Assembly (NCBI GenBank): GCA_013115145.1
Contig: JAAPAO010000226.1
Span: 1-50,287 of the forward strand
Origin: Perkinsus chesapeaki ATCC PRA-425
Taxonomy: Eukaryota > Protista > Perkinsozoa
Length of the DNA: 50,287 bases
Direction: 5' to 3'
The notes under the pieces are model-generated. The model was not told the origin of the DNA, searched no databases, and worked only from the letters and a program-made list of their open reading frames with translations. A program made the position numbers and the translations under genes. Positions 48,489 through 50,287 of this stretch are shown here, one piece after another (the first letter of the stretch is position 1; each line of letters starts with the position of its first letter).

Positions 48489-49355
48489 ATGCGTTTCTCA
48501 GTTTCTACCATTGCCATCACCAGTATTGTTGCGGTAGCCACTGCCACCGAAGATGCTTGCTCGAAGATGTGCAACGATATCAACGGTTGCCGTGTGTCAA
48601 AGCATGGCTCATACTGCAAAGGATGGATGACACCTTCTGTATGCTTTGGTATCGTTAAGATAACCGACGGGTCCTACTGCTTCCAGCCCGGTGATGACAG
48701 CTGCGTTGGTGAAGCCGTGTCTTGCAACATGGGCCCCGTGACCACCGCTGAGCCTACCGAATCTCCGGTGACAACTCCTACAGCAACTACAACTGAATCC
48801 TATACCACTGGTGCTCCTGTTGAGACCACCACTACTGCAGTAGTAACCACGGCTGCACCCGCGACCACCACTGAAGGAGTAGCAACCACTACGACTCCTA
48901 AGGAGACTACTGTAGCAACCACTACCACTCCTAAGGAGACTACTGTGGCAACCACTACCACTCCTAAGGAGACTACTGTAGCAACCACTACGACTCCTAA
49001 GGAGACTACTGTAGCAACCACTACTGTTGCTTCTACTACTACAACCACTACCACAACCAAGGCAACTACCGCGGCCCCTCCTTTCGGTGGCCAATTCTGC
49101 GGTAATGTGATGGGTCAGAGTTTCAAGGTTGACTTCGCCTCTAATGGCCGCGCTACTATTAATGTGATGGGTATGTCAGCTGGTGCTGACTACACTGTTG
49201 ATGGAGATGCTATCGAGTTCTCCAATTATGATCCTATGCTTGCCAAGTTGATGAATCAGTTTGGTATTAACAGCATTGATGCTACCATTGTTAGCCCAGA
49301 TTCTGTTCATATTAAGATCGGTTTCCTTGTCAACACCACTATCACCAAGTGCTAA
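48489..49355 (+). CDS. Secreted mucin-like protein: signal peptide, 8-Cys domain, Thr-rich stalk, C-terminal globular domain
   Basis: 288-aa intronless ORF: MRFSVSTIAITSIVAVATA, C..C..C..HGSYCK.W..P.VCFG..CFQP.D..C..C, Thr-rich repeats. No obvious TM or GPI tail. Confidence 0.9.
   Translation: MRFSVSTIAITSIVAVATATEDACSKMCNDINGCRVSKHGSYCKGWMTPSVCFGIVKITDGSYCFQPGDDSCVGEAVSCNMGPVTTAEPTESPVTTPTATTTESYTTGAPVETTTTAVVTTAAPATTTEGVATTTTPKETTVATTTTPKETTVATTTTPKETTVATTTTPKETTVATTTVASTTTTTTTTKATTAAPPFGGQFCGNVMGQSFKVDFASNGRATINVMGMSAGADYTVDGDAIEFSNYDPMLAKLMNQFGINSIDATIVSPDSVHIKIGFLVNTTITKC
48882..49013 (+). repeat. 33-bp coding tandem repeat x4 (ATTTTPKETTV)
   Basis: GCAACCACTAC(G/C)ACTCCTAAGGAGACTACTGT(A/G) at 48882, 48915, 48948 and 48981, with a partial unit at 49014. 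Confidence 0.95.
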
Positions 49356-50287
49356 GCTTCCACTTTTTGACCAATTTTCCGTCGCTGCTTGAAATGCTGT
49401 TCATAAGAATATCACACAGAAGGTTGAGTTGTATGAGTCAATGAAATGCTCAGTCTTCACTTTCTCCGTCGCTTTTGTTTGTGTAACGACTAACGCCTGT
49501 GAACTCTCAAACGTATGGTCATGGAAGGCAGCGCTCCGTGTCGTGTCCGTCTGGATTTCGATCATTTAGGGGAAGTATTTAGCCATTCGTCTGCCAGACA
49601 TCCACCATCCCATCTAGTAGCCTGTCGTCATTCAATTCCATCTTCTAGGCGAGACCACACTTCATCCTCTCATTATCACCGAGTCGATGTCACCGGTTTG
49701 ATAACCTCTTGCACTGACGACTGCTGTAGCGGGGCCGCCTTGCGGCACAGTGTTCTCTGATAACTTACTTCCATCCAACGTGTCTTAGACTTGTTTAGCG
49801 CTTTATAGACAATATAGCTCACCTTTAGAAATGAAAGACAGTGTAAAACAATGGCAGACTGGTTTCGATCATGTCTCCAAGCTCCATTTGTAGGTACTTC
49901 AACTGAGTCGATGCTCTACTAGTAGTCTGTTTTTAAGTGCAAAGAAGCTACAGACACAGACCGAAGGACTTGCATGAGACCGGAACGGAGTTGTCGGGTT
50001 ACATATGGCCGCTCAGCCATCTATATGTGACGCAATTTGAGGACTATATACAGGAATGTCGGCAGCCACCACTGAGGCTTCGAAGGCCGCAGTAAACTCT
50101 CATCAGCTTTGATCTCCTTCTAGGACACTTACGGAGAGAATACAAGGACAACGAATCAGCTTATATACTAGCTTTTACCCATTGATTCACTTACACACCC
50201 ACGCAATACAAAAGAACTAAACAGATAAGTGTTGAGGTCTATTCGTTCAAGCGAATTTAACCTACAGTCAAACAGAGACAAACGATA

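Noticed and set aside
48609-49094. Antisense poly-Val and Gly/Ser ORFs
   Set aside because: These are shadow frames of the Thr-rich mucin repeats.
49500-50287. Short ORFs at the window end
   Set aside because: No supportable gene model or motif.

Overview
About 50 kb of a compact, intron-rich eukaryotic nuclear genome. Most GT-AG introns are about 35-60 nt and intergenic gaps are often under 300 nt. The intron size, plant-type FAE1 ketoacyl-CoA synthases, an AP2-like factor and a Cys-rich secreted mucin fit an alveolate, most likely Perkinsus (inference, not database-checked). About 24 protein-coding genes were reconstructed by hand-splicing: two KCS paralogues flanking a KIF6 kinesin, ANP32, adenylosuccinate lyase, a DUF2009/UPF0652 protein, an AP2-like factor, PDCD4, an NHL-repeat protein, a methyltransferase, two CCCH proteins, a P5B ATPase, a TPX2-like protein, VPS51, Strawberry notch, HPPD, endonuclease III, galactokinase, a MYCBP-like protein and a secreted mucin. 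No complete tRNA, rRNA, CRISPR array or transposase was found. The most notable unexplained signals are four. (1) Two short spliceosomal introns in unrelated genes consist mostly of an antisense tRNA 3' half. (2) A ~40-nt composite motif is shared by two divergent intergenic regions 26.6 kb apart. (3) An 11-mer, extending to 22 nt in two cases, recurs in four introns in both orientations. (4) Several enzymes have altered signature motifs, such as Nth without its Fe-S cysteines and a P5 ATPase with DKTNT. Exon boundaries and several start codons are manual predictions.
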